Below the pieces are notes generated by a model that was not told the origin of the DNA, did no database searches, and saw nothing but the letters and a program-made list of their open reading frames with translations. DNA of 64,000 bases from Thermodesulfobacteriota bacterium. Lineage in GTDB: Bacteria > Desulfobacterota > Syntrophorhabdia > Syntrophorhabdales > JANXAF01. Shown here one piece after another: positions 29,226 through 38,574 of the stretch (its first letter is position 1; every line of letters begins with the position of its first letter). Where the stretch lies: NCBI GenBank assembly GCA_025062045.1, contig JANXAF010000001.1:141256-205255 (forward strand). Reading direction: 5' to 3'. A program made the position numbers and the translations under genes.

Positions 29226-30575
29226 TCAGCTTAAATGTTTTTTTGCAACTTCTGCTATTGCATGGCAGTATCCTTCGACCTTCTCCATATCGGGCCCCTC
29301 GACCATTATCCTTAGGAGGTTTTGGGTACCGGAATACCTCACAAGAACCCTGCCTTCGTCTTTTAACTCCTTTTTTACCTTTTCTACCGCGCAAAGCACT
29401 TCAGGAACGGTATCTAAGCTTCTCTTTTCCCTTACCTCCACGTTCATAATTTTCTGAGGATAAACCTCCATAAGCTTAGAGAGTTCTGAAAGTCTTTTAT
29501 TTGTCTTAAGCATAACAGAAATTAGCTGTAGGGCGGTAATTATCCCATCCCCTGTTGTGTGGTGTTCCAAAAAGATGGTATGACCAGACTCCTCTCCTCC
29601 GAGAACCGAGCCCAGTCTTAACATATCTTCGAGAACGTACCTGTCACCGACTCGGGTAAGGTGGTAATTGATACCGTATCTATTACAGGCCTTGCAGAAT
29701 CCGAAGTTACTCATCACCGTTGCGACTATAAGGTTATTTTTGAGACGGTTTTCGTCTTTTAACGTCTTCCCGCATATGATGAGAACCTGATCTCCCGTAA
29801 GAATATTCCCTTTCTCATCCACAGCGATTAAACGATCCCCATCTCCATCAAAAGCCAAACCGATATCTGCACCGGTCTCTAAGACTTTTTTTCTTAGGCC
29901 TTCCGGGTACAGAGAACCACACTGATCGTTGATATTAAGACCGTTCGGTGTGTTGTTTATCACGTAAGTTTCGGCTCCAAGTTCGAAAAATACCTCAGGC
30001 GCCACTCTATACGCCGCTCCATGGGCAGTATCGAGTACTACTTTTAGGTTCTCCATAGATAGTTCCCTTGGAAAAGTGTTTTTGAGAAAGACTATGTACC
30101 TTCCGTGGGCATCTTCTAACCTAAATGCTTGTCCCATATCTTTCGGTTTTGGAAGGAAACTTGCAAGTTTCTTTTGCAAAACCAGATCCTCGATCATCTC
30201 TTCCTGTCCGTCAGAGAGTTTAAAGCCATCCCTTCCAAAGATCTTTATGCCATTGTCCTCGTACGGATTATGGGAAGCGGAGACAACGATTCCTGCATCA
30301 GCCCTCATGCTTTGGGTTAAAAACGCAACAGCCGGTGTTGGTAAAACTCCTACAAGATAAGGATTTCCCCCCATGGATGTTATACCTGCCTCCAGTGAGC
30401 TTTCTAGCATATATCCCGAGATCCTTGTGTCCTTGCCTATGATTATTCTCGGTTTATGCCCTTCTTTTTTGAAAAGGTGGGTGACTGCCTGACCCACAAG
30501 GAATGCTGTCTCCGCATCCATGGGGTATCTGTTCGCTTCTCCCCGGATTCCGTCAGTGCCAAAAAGTTGACCCAT
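29226..30575 (-). CDS. glmM: phosphoglucosamine mutase
   Basis: SASHNP phosphoserine loop and DGDGDR metal loop, 449 aa. Confidence 0.95.
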   Translation of the reverse strand: MGQLFGTDGIRGEANRYPMDAETAFLVGQAVTHLFKKEGHKPRIIIGKDTRISGYMLESSLEAGITSMGGNPYLVGVLPTPAVAFLTQSMRADAGIVVSASHNPYEDNGIKIFGRDGFKLSDGQEEMIEDLVLQKKLASFLPKPKDMGQAFRLEDAHGRYIVFLKNTFPRELSMENLKVVLDTAHGAAYRVAPEVFFELGAETYVINNTPNGLNINDQCGSLYPEGLRKKVLETGADIGLAFDGDGDRLIAVDEKGNILTGDQVLIICGKTLKDENRLKNNLIVATVMSNFGFCKACNRYGINYHLTRVGDRYVLEDMLRLGSVLGGEESGHTIFLEHHTTGDGIITALQLISVMLKTNKRLSELSKLMEVYPQKIMNVEVREKRSLDTVPEVLCAVEKVKKELKDEGRVLVRYSGTQNLLRIMVEGPDMEKVEGYCHAIAEVAKKHLS

Positions 30576-30602
30576 CCTTACAACCCTCCATGGAGATTGG
30601 GT

Positions 30603-31841
30603 TTAAGTTCTAAACCTAGTCAGTATTCCGAAAGAGGGAAGGACCTTGTCTACTTGAAGTAGGTAATTTTCTATCACACCGGTGAGCCATCTCACTCCCC
30701 AAGAGACCGACTCCTCATTGAGACTCTTTATCGATTGAACGTATTCAAGGCCAGATTCGCAAAAACTTAGTATCCTCTCCTTGAACTTTTCTTTAAGTTC
30801 AGAAGAATTCTTTTGTGTATCTTCATCCAAAAAGATCTCATCGATTCTTCTCATTCCTTCTTTTAGCTCCACCTCTTCCGTTTTTCTAAAAGATAGGTTA
30901 AAGACAAGTTCATTCAACCTTTTTAGCCTTTCTTTCACTGAAATGTCGACGGTTTCGATAAGCCCTTCGTATATCCATTCACCGAATTCCTCTTTTTTTA
31001 GAAATTCGAATCTCACATGCCTATACCATTCTTTCAGGGCTTTAAGATTTGAAAGATAAATTACATTATTCGCCACAATTCTCTTTAAGTCAGGATAAAG
31101 GCTGCGTCGGAAATCTAAAATCTGATCCTTCCCTTTTTTGGCCATGATCAACTTATTCTCGTCAAGGTAATCTTTCCTCAATATGGACCCCGCGGCAACG
31201 ACGTTTCCGTAGCCTAGCCTGATCGGTCCTACAGCACCACCCTGCCCACCAAGAAATATGGGTGGCTCCCGGAGCATAACTCCCCTCGGTACATCTCCAA
31301 AAAGGGATGGTGTGGCTTTATCGTAATGGGGCGTAAAATTAAAATGGACATATGAACTTCCAACCTCCGAATGCTCCTTTCTACTCCTTCCGCCTGCAAT
31401 CAAACAGTCACAGAAATTGATAAGACTCCCAAGGGTAACAAAAGGAAAAAGAATGGTCTGTTTTAGACCGCACGAGTGGGCACATGAAGCTTCCTCCTCA
31501 AATATGCATCCCTCCCTTACGTGAGATCCATAACCGGCCACAGATTTTTGCAGAAAAACAGAGTTTTCAAAAAAGCCACTCTTTAATTCAACATGTGGTC
31601 CGACTCTTACGTCAAGGATGGTCACCGGTCCTTCTGTTCCTATTCGTGATCCTTTGGATATAACAGTTTTCTTTCCATGTATCCTGCAGTTGGGATAGAT
31701 AGTAACATCATCTCCAGATATCCTGCCTAGGTCTACCTCCTCTCCCACATACACACTTTGTGGATTTAAAACTTTAACACCCTTCTCCATTAGTATCTTT
31801 ACCCTTTTTAATGAGCTATCGAGTTCTAAGTTCCAACTCAT
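30603..31841 (-). CDS. left-handed beta-helix (GlmU C-terminal-like) protein with helical C-terminal domain
   Basis: Hexapeptide-like periodicity in residues 30-240. No nucleotidyltransferase domain. About 170-aa K/E-rich helical tail. Confidence 0.5.
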   Translation of the reverse strand: MSWNLELDSSLKRVKILMEKGVKVLNPQSVYVGEEVDLGRISGDDVTIYPNCRIHGKKTVISKGSRIGTEGPVTILDVRVGPHVELKSGFFENSVFLQKSVAGYGSHVREGCIFEEEASCAHSCGLKQTILFPFVTLGSLINFCDCLIAGGRSRKEHSEVGSSYVHFNFTPHYDKATPSLFGDVPRGVMLREPPIFLGGQGGAVGPIRLGYGNVVAAGSILRKDYLDENKLIMAKKGKDQILDFRRSLYPDLKRIVANNVIYLSNLKALKEWYRHVRFEFLKKEEFGEWIYEGLIETVDISVKERLKRLNELVFNLSFRKTEEVELKEGMRRIDEIFLDEDTQKNSSELKEKFKERILSFCESGLEYVQSIKSLNEESVSWGVRWLTGVIENYLLQVDKVLPSFGILTRFRT

Positions 31842-32521
31842 TGTCCCTTAATCCCTTTCACCACGTTTGTAAAACGTTTCGAATCATCCTTTCTTACGGC
31901 TTTTGTAACCAAAATGTCGATGGGGGTAACTTCCCGTCCATAATATGCCCTGTTTAGATCTCCCCTTACCTTTATGACACCGCCATCTAAAGAGAGGCCT
32001 CCGAAAAGCCCTTTCGAGGTGTAGTACGCCAAAACATCGGCACTTAAATTTGCAGACCCGGCCTTTGCCCCTCCTCCTTTTGGCCCTATCGCAATTCCAA
32101 GATCGAGCCCAATTTTAACATTCGTTGCAAGCATTGCGCTCAAACCTCTCTGCGTCATAAAGAGCAAAAGGACCTCAGAGATAGATCCACCCGCCTGAAG
32201 TCCAAAGCTAAGCCCCCCTAGAGTGTAAAATGCGGGACCAATGTAGTTTTTCTCTTTGTCGTCCCACACAAGGAATACCCCATTTCCTCCTGAGACTCCA
32301 AAGACGAAAGCGCCCCTCATAAGCTCAGGACAGATAAAAACACCTTTTGAATTTGAAACTAGCTTTCTAAAGGTCTCTTCCTGCCTTTCTTTTAAGAATC
32401 TTTCGAAAGAGAGTAAAGAAAGCTCAACAAGCCTTTGAGCATCGTAGGAAGGCTCTGCCTTTGTTCTTCCTGCGATAAAAAGAGATGTAACAAGAATCAA
32501 ATAAAGGGTGATCCTTTTCAT
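31838..32521 (-). CDS. secreted SYLF (DUF500/Ysc84-like) lipid-binding domain protein
   Basis: Signal peptide followed by GAFVFGVSGGNGVFL...GPAFYTLGGLSFGLQAGG, typical of SYLF. Confidence 0.7.
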   Translation of the reverse strand: MKRITLYLILVTSLFIAGRTKAEPSYDAQRLVELSLLSFERFLKERQEETFRKLVSNSKGVFICPELMRGAFVFGVSGGNGVFLVWDDKEKNYIGPAFYTLGGLSFGLQAGGSISEVLLLFMTQRGLSAMLATNVKIGLDLGIAIGPKGGGAKAGSANLSADVLAYYTSKGLFGGLSLDGGVIKVRGDLNRAYYGREVTPIDILVTKAVRKDDSKRFTNVVKGIKGQ

Positions 32522-32576
32522 GACGAAATCATATAAAAATCGCCTATTAGTGTCAACCTTAGGCTAAGTAGGCCGT

Positions 32577-32605
32577 TTGAAAATGAAAAGTGACAAAGTT
32601 AAAAT
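32577..32605 (+). promoter_or_regulatory. sigma-70-type promoter upstream of mnmA
   Basis: TTGAAA (32577..32582), 17 nt spacer, TAAAAT (32600..32605). Confidence 0.45.
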
Positions 32606-32624
32606 AAATTCAGGATTGTAAAAG

Positions 32625-33707
32625 ATGAAGATTGCTGTCGGACTAAGTGGGGGTTTTGATTCTTCCATAGCAGCTTATCTTTTGGCAAAGAAAGGATACG
32701 AGCTTATCGGTGTAACCATGAGGATATGGGATGGGAAGATAAGTTGCACTACAAAGAAAAACGCGTGTTACGGGCCGGATGAAGAAAAAGACATAGAATT
32801 TGCACAGAAAATAAGCGAAAAACTCTCCATCCCACACTATGTAATCGATTTAAGAGACGAGTACAGAGAGTTCGTCCTTAATTACTTTTTCCTAGAGTAC
32901 AGAAAAGGAAGAACACCAAATCCCTGTGTTGTGTGTAACTCAAAGATAAAATTCGGGTTTTTGATAGAAAAGGTCCGTTCTTTGGGCCTCGATTTCGATT
33001 GCTTTGCTACGGGACACTACGCACGGATTGAGTTCGATCCGGAAAGGAAAAGATACCATTTAAAGAGGGGTGTCGACGAGCAAAAAGACCAATCCTACTT
33101 TCTCTACAGACTTACTCAAGACCAGTTAAAAACGATTCTATTTCCCCTTGGGGATTTTAGGAAAAATGAGCTAAAAATGAAGGCTTTAGATTTTGGACTG
33201 GAAGAACTTGCAAAAAGAAGGGAAAGCCAGGATTTTTTTGCCGACGATTATAGACTTCTCTTTGAGGACTGTGGCGAACCGGGAAACATAGTCGATGTTT
33301 ACGGTAACGTAATAGGCAGACACAAAGGAATATGCCACTACACTGTAGGTCAAAGGAGGTACCTTAATCTCGCTGGTCTAAAAGAGCCCTATTATGTGCT
33401 AAAAATCGATCCCGAAAGGAACGAGATCGTAGCGGGGCCTAAAAGGTATCTTTTTAGCTCTTCTCTTTTAGCAAAAGATCTTAACTGGCTATTACCTCCA
33501 GAAGAAGTAAAAGGGAAAAAAGTTTTCGCCAAAGTTCGGTCAACAGCAAGGCTTGCCGAATGTACTTTCGATTTTGTAGAAGACATGATTGTTGTTAGAT
33601 TTACCCAACCCCAAGAGGGTATAACACCGGGTCAATCTGTTGTCCTTTACGATGGGGAGGTTGTAATCGGTGGGGGTATTATAGAATCGTATCTAAGCTA
33701 TGAATGA
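32625..33707 (+). CDS. mnmA: tRNA 2-thiouridine(34) synthase
   Basis: PP-loop GLSGGFDSS and catalytic PNPCVVCN. Confidence 0.95.
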   Translation: MKIAVGLSGGFDSSIAAYLLAKKGYELIGVTMRIWDGKISCTTKKNACYGPDEEKDIEFAQKISEKLSIPHYVIDLRDEYREFVLNYFFLEYRKGRTPNPCVVCNSKIKFGFLIEKVRSLGLDFDCFATGHYARIEFDPERKRYHLKRGVDEQKDQSYFLYRLTQDQLKTILFPLGDFRKNELKMKALDFGLEELAKRRESQDFFADDYRLLFEDCGEPGNIVDVYGNVIGRHKGICHYTVGQRRYLNLAGLKEPYYVLKIDPERNEIVAGPKRYLFSSSLLAKDLNWLLPPEEVKGKKVFAKVRSTARLAECTFDFVEDMIVVRFTQPQEGITPGQSVVLYDGEVVIGGGIIESYLSYE

Positions 33708-35293
33708 TGGACATCACAAAAACTGATATAATATCAAAAGCTTTGGTCCGCCTAAAGGGCCTTACAAGTTCTGTTGGAACAAAACTCTTCCTTATCCTCG
33801 TTGCTCTTCTTGCGTTTTCTTTCATAGTAGTCCTCTACCATAATGTTCGAACCTACACGAACCATCTACACGAAAACGTTCTCAAAAATGCCATTCAGAT
33901 AAGCAATATAATAAAGAGCGCCTGTTATCACAGCATGCTGAAAAACGACAGAGAAGGATTGCAGAATATAATCATGAGCGTTGGAAAAGAAGAGGGTATC
34001 GATGCAATAAGGATTTACAACCGGGAAGGAATAATATCTTTTTCGAAGGATAAGGGAGAGATCCACCATGTGGCTGACAAAAGGGCAGAACAGTGCTACG
34101 TCTGCCACAGGGAGGAACCGGCAAAGGGTTTGATTCCAACAAAGGATCTCACAAGGATCCTTGTATCTCCCGAGGGATACAGGCAGCTTGGACTTGTGAA
34201 TCCCATCGAAAATAGTCCGGAATGTTACAATGCGGCTTGCCATGCCCACTCAAAGGATCAGCAGAAACTCGGTTTACTTGATGTCAAACTGTCACTAAAA
34301 AAGATAGATGAAGAAATAGTTCAGACCAAAAGGAGAATGGTCATATACTCTATCCTCCTTATACTTTTTACTGCCCTTCTTAAAGGGGCTTTCATCATTC
34401 TTCTTGTCCACAAGCCCATAAAAAAACTCATAAAAGGCGTAAGAGAGGTGGCAAAACTGAATCTGGATTACAAGGTTGATGTGAAATCGAACGATGAGCT
34501 TGGTGAGCTTGCCGCCTCTTTCAACGAGATGACAAAGGAGTTGAAGAATGCCCAAAACCATCTCATCTTTTCTGAGAGGATGGCCTCTTTAGGTAAAATA
34601 TCGGCCTCTGTTGCGCACGAGATAAATAATCCACTTTCAGGAATACTATCCTACGCAAAACTCACTGCAAGGTTTCTCGAAGAGAACGGCAATGATCCTG
34701 AAAAGATAAAAATGGCGATAGAGAATCTCAAATTTATAAGCGAGGAGAGTAAAAGATGCGGGGAGATAGTGAAGAATCTGCTCCTTTTCTGTAAGAAAAC
34801 CTTTGGTACCATAAGAGGAGAACATCTAAGTACTATAATAGAGAACAGCATAAAGCTCGTGGAGCACAGCGCAAAACTCCAAAAGGTTAAATTTGTAAAG
34901 GAGATAGATACGGAAAACGATATAGTGGTTGTCGATACTGGAGCTATAGAACAGGTTTTTGTCGATCTATTCATAAACGCCATAGAGGCTATGCCAAATG
35001 GTGGAGTGATTAAGGTAAGTACAAAAAACGGAAAGGACGAAATATTGATCACTGTGACAGATACCGGATGTGGTATCCCGGAAAATGTTTTACCCCGTAT
35101 ATTTGAACCTTTTTTCACCACTAAAGACCCAAAAAAGAGCACGGGACTTGGCCTTTGTGTAGTGTATAGTATCATTGAAGATCACGGCGGCAAAATAGAG
35201 GTATCGTCAAAAGTAAACGAAGGAACGACATTCACTATAGTCTTGCCCAGACTTTCGAAGAGATTGCCCAATGAGAAAGGGGGGTTAAGATAG
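33704..35293 (+). CDS. sensor histidine kinase with periplasmic domain carrying two c-type heme-binding motifs, HAMP, HisKA, HATPase
   Basis: TM helices near aa 27-45 and 212-235 flank about 165 aa containing CYVCH (CxxCH, nt 34094..34108) and CYNAACH (Cx4CH, nt 34223..34243). H-box SVAHEINNPL, plus N, G1 and G2 boxes. Confidence 0.9.
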   Translation: MMDITKTDIISKALVRLKGLTSSVGTKLFLILVALLAFSFIVVLYHNVRTYTNHLHENVLKNAIQISNIIKSACYHSMLKNDREGLQNIIMSVGKEEGIDAIRIYNREGIISFSKDKGEIHHVADKRAEQCYVCHREEPAKGLIPTKDLTRILVSPEGYRQLGLVNPIENSPECYNAACHAHSKDQQKLGLLDVKLSLKKIDEEIVQTKRRMVIYSILLILFTALLKGAFIILLVHKPIKKLIKGVREVAKLNLDYKVDVKSNDELGELAASFNEMTKELKNAQNHLIFSERMASLGKISASVAHEINNPLSGILSYAKLTARFLEENGNDPEKIKMAIENLKFISEESKRCGEIVKNLLLFCKKTFGTIRGEHLSTIIENSIKLVEHSAKLQKVKFVKEIDTENDIVVVDTGAIEQVFVDLFINAIEAMPNGGVIKVSTKNGKDEILITVTDTGCGIPENVLPRIFEPFFTTKDPKKSTGLGLCVVYSIIEDHGGKIEVSSKVNEGTTFTIVLPRLSKRLPNEKGGLR

Positions 35294-36637
35294 ATGAAGC
35301 CAAAAGATGTAAGCATCCTTATTGTTGATGACGAACCTTCCATCAGGAACTCTCTTGCGGGCTGGTTCAAAATGGATGGATACAAGACAGAAGTCGCTGA
35401 GGACGCGTATGAAGCTTTAAAAAAACTTCAAGAGAACAATTTCGATATTGCCCTCCTCGACATAAAGATGCCGGAGATGGACGGGATTGAGCTTCAAAGA
35501 AGGATAAAGGAGATAGACAAAAACATAATCACGATAATAATTACTGCATACGCGACAGTAGAGACAGCAATTCAGGCCATGAAAGATGGTGCATTCGACT
35601 ATATCACAAAGCCCATCGATCCTGATGAACTCTCGAGACTCATAAAAAAGGCCATAGAACAGAGGAGACTCATTGCCGAAAATATCATGCTCAGAGGAAA
35701 GATCGAGGAATTACAAAGCCTAGACGAAATAATAGGAGAAAGCCCAGCGATTAAAAAAGTGATGGAGCTTATAAATACAGTTGCGGAGACGGATTCAACG
35801 GTAATGATAAGAGGAGAAAGTGGCACTGGCAAAGAACTCGTAGCAAGAGCAATACATGCTAAAAGCAAAAGGAGATACTTCCCGATTGTCACGATAAACT
35901 GCGGGGCTTACCCGGAGGGACTCTTGGAGAGTGAACTTTTTGGCCATGAAAAAGGTGCTTTTACCGGTGCTCTTTATCAGAGGAAAGGAAAACTCGAGAT
36001 GGCAAATAAAGGTACACTTTTTCTGGATGAAGTCGGAAACATAAGCTTAAAGATGCAGATGGACCTTTTGCGCGTCCTCGAGACGAAGAAGTTCACAAGG
36101 CTTGGCGGCGACAAGGTTATAGAAGCAGATTTTAGGGTTATTTCGGCGACAAACCGTGATCTCGAACAGGCAGTTAGAGAGGGTAGCTTCAGGGAGGACC
36201 TCTATTACAGACTTAACGTTTTTACAATATTCCTTCCTCCTCTGAGGGAGAGAAAGAGCGATATTCCTCTCCTTACATACCATTTCATAAAGAAGTTTTC
36301 GCTCTCAATGAACAAAGACGTAAAAGAGATATCTAAGGAGGCCATGAATCTCCTTATGGACTACGATTGGCCCGGAAATGTAAGGGAGCTAAGAAATGTG
36401 ATCGAGAGGGCAATGGTCAACGTAAAAGGCAGTAGAATTGAAGTCGATGATCTTTACTTTAGCATATCTTCTCCCTATCCCAAGCCTGAAGGAGAGACTC
36501 TCGAAGACGTGGAAAAAGCCCACATAAAGAAGATTCTCAACAAAACGGGATGGAACATCACAAAGGCCGCCGAGATCTTAAACATAGATCGGGTGACCCT
36601 TTATAACAAGATCGAGAAGTACAAACTCAGAAAATAA
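35294..36637 (+). CDS. sigma-54-dependent response regulator (NtrC family: REC-AAA+-Fis HTH)
   Basis: REC (LLDIKMPEMDG), Walker A GESGTGKE, GAFTGA sigma-54 contact loop and a C-terminal Fis-type HTH. Confidence 0.95.
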   Translation: MKPKDVSILIVDDEPSIRNSLAGWFKMDGYKTEVAEDAYEALKKLQENNFDIALLDIKMPEMDGIELQRRIKEIDKNIITIIITAYATVETAIQAMKDGAFDYITKPIDPDELSRLIKKAIEQRRLIAENIMLRGKIEELQSLDEIIGESPAIKKVMELINTVAETDSTVMIRGESGTGKELVARAIHAKSKRRYFPIVTINCGAYPEGLLESELFGHEKGAFTGALYQRKGKLEMANKGTLFLDEVGNISLKMQMDLLRVLETKKFTRLGGDKVIEADFRVISATNRDLEQAVREGSFREDLYYRLNVFTIFLPPLRERKSDIPLLTYHFIKKFSLSMNKDVKEISKEAMNLLMDYDWPGNVRELRNVIERAMVNVKGSRIEVDDLYFSISSPYPKPEGETLEDVEKAHIKKILNKTGWNITKAAEILNIDRVTLYNKIEKYKLRK

Positions 36638-36646
36638 CTACTTTAA

Positions 36647-37174
36647 ATGCCATCCATATACATAGTGCCGGCGTGGCTTGAGGAGAACCATGATCTCGAA
36701 TTTTTGCGACTCCGCATCTCAGAAGTCTTCAGAAAAAAAACGGTCATATACGAGTCAAAAAAGATAGACTTCCACTCCATCTACAACCCCTCAAGGAAAC
36801 AGTACAACTCGTCCCAGTTTCTAATCCAGCTTCTCAATAACCACCCTAAGGACGCATTAAGAATACTGGGAGTCACAGATGTGGATCTATTCATACCAAT
36901 CCTCACGTTTGTCTTCGGAGAAGCCCAGCTTAACGGGATAGCGGGGGTAGTCTCTGTCCACAGACTGAATAACAAGTTCTACGGGTTACCTGAAAATGAG
37001 GAGCTTTTAAGAAAGAGACTTATAAAAGAGGCCATTCATGAGCTTGGACACACTTATGGCCTCGTCCACTGTCTCACTCCTGGGTGTGTGATGAATTCTT
37101 CCACCTATGTGGAAGACATAGATGAAAAATCTGAGTTTTTCTGTTCTTACTGCTCTTCCGTGATCAGGGGTTAA
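36647..37174 (+). CDS. amzA: archaemetzincin-type zinc metalloprotease
   Basis: HELGHTYGLVHCLTPGCVM...CSYC matches the archaemetzincin signature HExxHxxGx3Cx4CxM...CxxC (x16 here versus x17 in the published pattern). Confidence 0.85.
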   Translation: MPSIYIVPAWLEENHDLEFLRLRISEVFRKKTVIYESKKIDFHSIYNPSRKQYNSSQFLIQLLNNHPKDALRILGVTDVDLFIPILTFVFGEAQLNGIAGVVSVHRLNNKFYGLPENEELLRKRLIKEAIHELGHTYGLVHCLTPGCVMNSSTYVEDIDEKSEFFCSYCSSVIRG

Positions 37175-37863
37175 AGGAAGGTTTCTATCAGTTTCAAGTA
37201 ATCTTTCTTTGAGAGTTCCCTAAGTAGCTCCACAAACCTCTTTGAGCCACCGTCCTGCATCGTTGGTCCGACTCTTTCCTTCTGGCTTAATTGAAGTAGA
37301 AAGTTATAAAGCCTCCTTTCATCCCTCTTAAGCCAAAGTAGAGCTTCTTTTCCGGAGAGGAGCTTCTTTATGTCCTTTTCGAAGTTGTCGGGTCTCATCT
37401 TCACTAGAAAACCTTCGTTTAGAGGATCGGAAAGTAGAAGTTCCGGCTTTTTCTTCAAAGAACCATTGACAGATATTACGACACCTGAAACAGGCGAGGG
37501 AAGTGGCAGTATACCCCTTCCCTCAACTATGTGGCAAAACCTTTCACCTTGGACAAACCTATCGCCAGGATTGGGAAAAACAATCGATCTTACGCTCGAT
37601 AAAAAGGACGAAAGGAAGCTATCTATCCCTACTGTGACCTTAGATGGGTTTTCCACTCGGACCCAGAGGTGGTTTGGATGGTAAAAGTTGAAGAATTCTA
37701 TCTTAAAAAAGGGAGCCTCTTCTTTTTCCAGATCTTCGGCCCCTCCACGCATAGCAATATCGAATGGACAGGACGTACAATCGTATTCCCTGTCGCATAG
37801 CTTATAAAGTACGAGGCCCGCTGTCATCCAGACACATCTTTCGTCCACGGCTCTAATCCCCAT
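37171..37863 (-). CDS. GcvH-fold protein with N-terminal 4-Cys segment, no lipoyl-lysine
   Basis: C10-x12-C23-x5-C29-x2-C32, then a GcvH-like core (VGIDSF...SPVSGVVISVN...DPLNEGFLVKM). By hand alignment, Arg occupies the lipoyl-Lys position. ATG abuts the upstream TAG. Confidence 0.65.
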   Translation of the reverse strand: MGIRAVDERCVWMTAGLVLYKLCDREYDCTSCPFDIAMRGGAEDLEKEEAPFFKIEFFNFYHPNHLWVRVENPSKVTVGIDSFLSSFLSSVRSIVFPNPGDRFVQGERFCHIVEGRGILPLPSPVSGVVISVNGSLKKKPELLLSDPLNEGFLVKMRPDNFEKDIKKLLSGKEALLWLKRDERRLYNFLLQLSQKERVGPTMQDGGSKRFVELLRELSKKDYLKLIETFL

Positions 37864-38562
37864 CTACACGTCCTTTGTCATGAAATATTCCTTTACCATC
37901 TCATCCCAGGATTCCGGATTCAAGCTCTTTGCCATTCCAGAGATTGGCAAACCACCATCCTGCAAGAGGTAACCGAGGTTGTAGTTCATTCTGGAAAATA
38001 AACTCTCTTTTAAAGCATCTACCCATCTTATTGCGAGCCGTCCGTTAAGGAGATTTTTTAAATTGGACTTCAAGTTCGGAGAGTAAACCTTAAGTAGCCA
38101 ACCATCGCCGTATGGGTCTTCCGAAAGCTTTTTCGGATTCTTTATCACCTTTTCGTTTATCTCTATTATCTCTCCGTCCAAAGGAGAAAGCATCTTTATC
38201 TCCTTTCCGTCAACAAATAGACTCCAGCCAACTTCCCCTTGGATTATCTCTTCTCCCCTTTTAGGTACCTTTATCGCCTCCACGTTTCCTACAAGTTTTT
38301 GGGCAAAGTCGTCTATTCCAACCCTTGCGATTCTTTCGCCCTCAGGAAAGACCCAAGTGTGTCCCTGGTGGTAGTAAAGGTAATCTGGGATCCTAAAGAG
38401 CCTGCTCATAATCGTCCTTGGCGATTGACTTGGACCTGTGGAGGCTCGGCGGGGTCTTAAGGTCATATAAGAGAAGACCACAAAGGCCGCAAGAAAGAGT
38501 ATCACTAAGATGTACTCGATCCCTTTTGTGGCGAATATGTCGATATAGGTGAATCCTTCCAT
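37864..38562 (-). CDS. N-terminally membrane-anchored GcvH-fold protein
   Basis: TM helix YILVILFLAAFVVFSYMTL followed by RPRR, which predicts a cytoplasmic domain. GcvH-like core VGIDDFAQ...SPLDGEIIEIN...DPYGDGWLLKV. Confidence 0.65.
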   Translation of the reverse strand: MEGFTYIDIFATKGIEYILVILFLAAFVVFSYMTLRPRRASTGPSQSPRTIMSRLFRIPDYLYYHQGHTWVFPEGERIARVGIDDFAQKLVGNVEAIKVPKRGEEIIQGEVGWSLFVDGKEIKMLSPLDGEIIEINEKVIKNPKKLSEDPYGDGWLLKVYSPNLKSNLKNLLNGRLAIRWVDALKESLFSRMNYNLGYLLQDGGLPISGMAKSLNPESWDEMVKEYFMTKDV

Positions 38563-38574
38563 TTTTAACCCTCC

